Source: Takakia lepidozioides (lineage: Eukaryota > Plantae > Bryophyta). From it: a stretch of 64,000 nt of DNA. The position numbers and the translations under genes are program-made. This document shows positions 61,915 to 64,000 of the stretch, one piece after another. The notes under the pieces were generated by a model. That model saw only the letters and a program-made list of their open reading frames with translations. It ran no database searches and had not been told where the DNA came from. Position 1 is the first letter of the stretch; the number at the start of each line of letters is the position of its first letter. The stretch covers positions 39,122,001 to 39,186,000 of the forward strand of contig CM060734.1 of the NCBI GenBank assembly GCA_030704615.1, read 5' to 3'.

Positions 61915-63050
61915 TATACATACCACCCCATACGTGAATTCATTATCTTATCTATTGAAGGCCCCCGAATAATTTACTAGGTTCTTATGAGTGTTGTATT
62001 GGTCTATCCAAGTGTAGATCCGGCGTGGGTAGGGTAAGTGGCTGGTATGAATATTGACATGTGGGACGTACCCGGATTCTAGGTAGGAGTAGGTATGAAT
62101 TCCTTTAACGTCCAGTGAATTTACAGAGCTCACAACTCAACACACATCCCATCGAGGGGCCAATGGATGGTTGAAGGTACATGTTGAAGGATTGAACCCA
62201 AGATCACCCAGGTTATGCATAGACAAGGCACAAATACCCAGCCACTGTGCCCCTACGGGAGTCGACATGTAGAGTCTGTTGGTGCCCAGTCCGTTGGAAG
62301 GCCCGCCGCCGTAGAAGAACGAGGACTTAAAAAATTCAGAAAGAACCAGTACACAAAATAAATAATTAATAACACATTACCACCTGAACAGAATTGAACA
62401 CCGAACCTTCTGCTCATTACTCGTTACTCTTAACTACCACATTACCACATTACCACATCACCTTTATACTTTCTTTTGTATGTGCATTACCATAGCCTAT
62501 AGGTAGGTCATGGGCCCCTCTTGGTTGGGACCTATCACAGCAGACCTCCTTGCCCCACAGACCCAACATCAACTGAGCTGCAACAGACCCTCCGTCCGGT
62601 AGAGGCGCTCCCACCCTTCACGACCCTCTCTGCTACACGTGGGCCCCGCCGTAGGCACTTGTGTGCGCATTGAAGACGCTATTATCTTATAATGAGAAGC
62701 TATACATACCACCCCATACGTGAATTCAATTTCATACCTACTCCTACCTGGAATCCGGGTACATCCCACATGTCAATATTCATACCAGCCACTTACCCTA
62801 CCCACGTCGGATCTACACTTGGACATACCAGTACAACACTGGTAAGAACCTAGTAAATTATTCAGGGGCCTTCAATAGATGAAATAATGATAAAGTTCCT
62901 TTAACGTCCAGTGAATTTACAAAGCTTACAGCTCAACACACATCCCATCGAGGGGCCAATGGATGGTTGAAGGTACATGTTGAAGGATTGAACCCAAGAT
63001 CACCCGGGTTATGCATAGACAAGGCACAAATACCCAGCCACTGGGCTACC
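61472..63050. repeat. ~790-bp tandem duplication (right part of the MITE plus a tRNA-headed SINE-like sequence on the minus strand)
   Basis: 61472-62247 matches 62259-63043; minus-strand A box TAGCCCAGTGG and B box GGTTCAATCC at 62985-63050. Confidence 0.85.
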
Positions 63051-64000
63051 TGCTCAAGAGTATTTTTCATGCTATGCCACTGCCATGGGCTGAGATTGCT
63101 AAGATTGCACATACATAGGCAAGTAAGATATTGTTAGATAAAAGAGAAGTATGACACTTTCTGAAGAAATCGTAAATTATGGTGTCTCTTGACACGGAAG
63201 GGGCTACAACTTGTTAGATACTTTTATTGACCAAAGATGCATATGAAGGGTCTGAGTGTTTATGAGAGGTAAACTAGTCTTACATATTTTACGTTATCAA
63301 TATCCCAGCTACCCCGGCGAGTTCGACTCTGAAAGCTCGAATCACTTAAAATAATCCTCGCAAGGTGACGCCAAACGAAGGTAGCGTAACTAAGAGCCTC
63401 TTCCCCTTGCCGTACTGCCGCATTTTGAGGGAGGGCTCTATCCAAATCGGACCTATCTACGGGGTTAGGTTGACCACTCCAATTTGGCGTTTGCGTAGAG
63501 ATCTAATAGTAGTAAAATGCATGGCACGAGCAAATTGTGGCATAGGTGTGGGATAGTTTTTGGTTTTGTTTCAAAATATTCATAATATGAGCTATGGACC
63601 CCACCTCAGACACCGGCCATGAAAAAGTCACCGGTGGTGATAAAGTGTGCTGCCCTAGCATGGGCTAGTACAAGAAGTGGTTCATATTTGTGATGTTTGT
63701 TAAAGATTAATTGGTCTGGGTAGTGGTCATGACAAAAGATAAATTCGATTATATGGATGGTGAGGGTGAGGGCTGTTGGTATTACCGAGGAAATATAAAG
63801 TCCTACATATAAGCAATATATCCGAGCATAGTCATGCTAGGCAATGACATGGGTGGATGAAGCATGTGCATGGTTGGGGAATTATGTGGTCCGGTGGCCT
63901 ACCTTGAAATGTGCCATTGTAAAGGGAACTCTAAAGAGGTAGGATAATCAGTGCATAACTAGACAACAAACGTAACAAAGACATCTTAAGACGATATGAG

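Noticed and set aside
63060-64000. Short ORFs at the window end
   Set aside because: No recognisable motifs

Overview
Eukaryotic plant DNA, most likely a non-seed land plant (inference from spliced ABCA/HDA8 genes, CSI1/ARF-like fragments and TE types); not prokaryotic. Two apparently intact host genes sit head-to-head: an ABCA-family transporter (minus, 36141-48525) and an HDA8-like histone deacetylase (plus, 49131-51349). The rest is decayed transposable elements: three Ty3/gypsy-like retroelements, CACTA and MULE/SWIM-like fragments, L1 and RTEX-like LINEs, tRNA-derived SINEs, a MITE and tandem arrays. Main highlights: (1) a gypsy-like family (copies at 1-8916 and 10986-21121) whose pol carries a DNMT3-like C5 cytosine methyltransferase between protease and RT (present in copy 1, deleted from copy 2) and a PHD finger after the integrase (visible in copy 2); (2) copy 2 has no ordinary LTR pair but a split-direct-repeat layout A1-internal-B1-A2-B2, a 10-bp palindromic CA-NN-TG junction where the PPT should be, and a self-complementary PBS; (3) a distinct third element (51935-59572) has the same junction design with a tiny B repeat, a tRNA-Ala PBS and a dUTPase-like domain in the same PR-RT slot; (4) copy 1's leader holds a mosaic of host gene fragments (RPB2, CSI1, ARF-like) plus an intact orphan ORF. 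All calls come from manual reading; coordinates are approximate to a few bp and no database searches were run.
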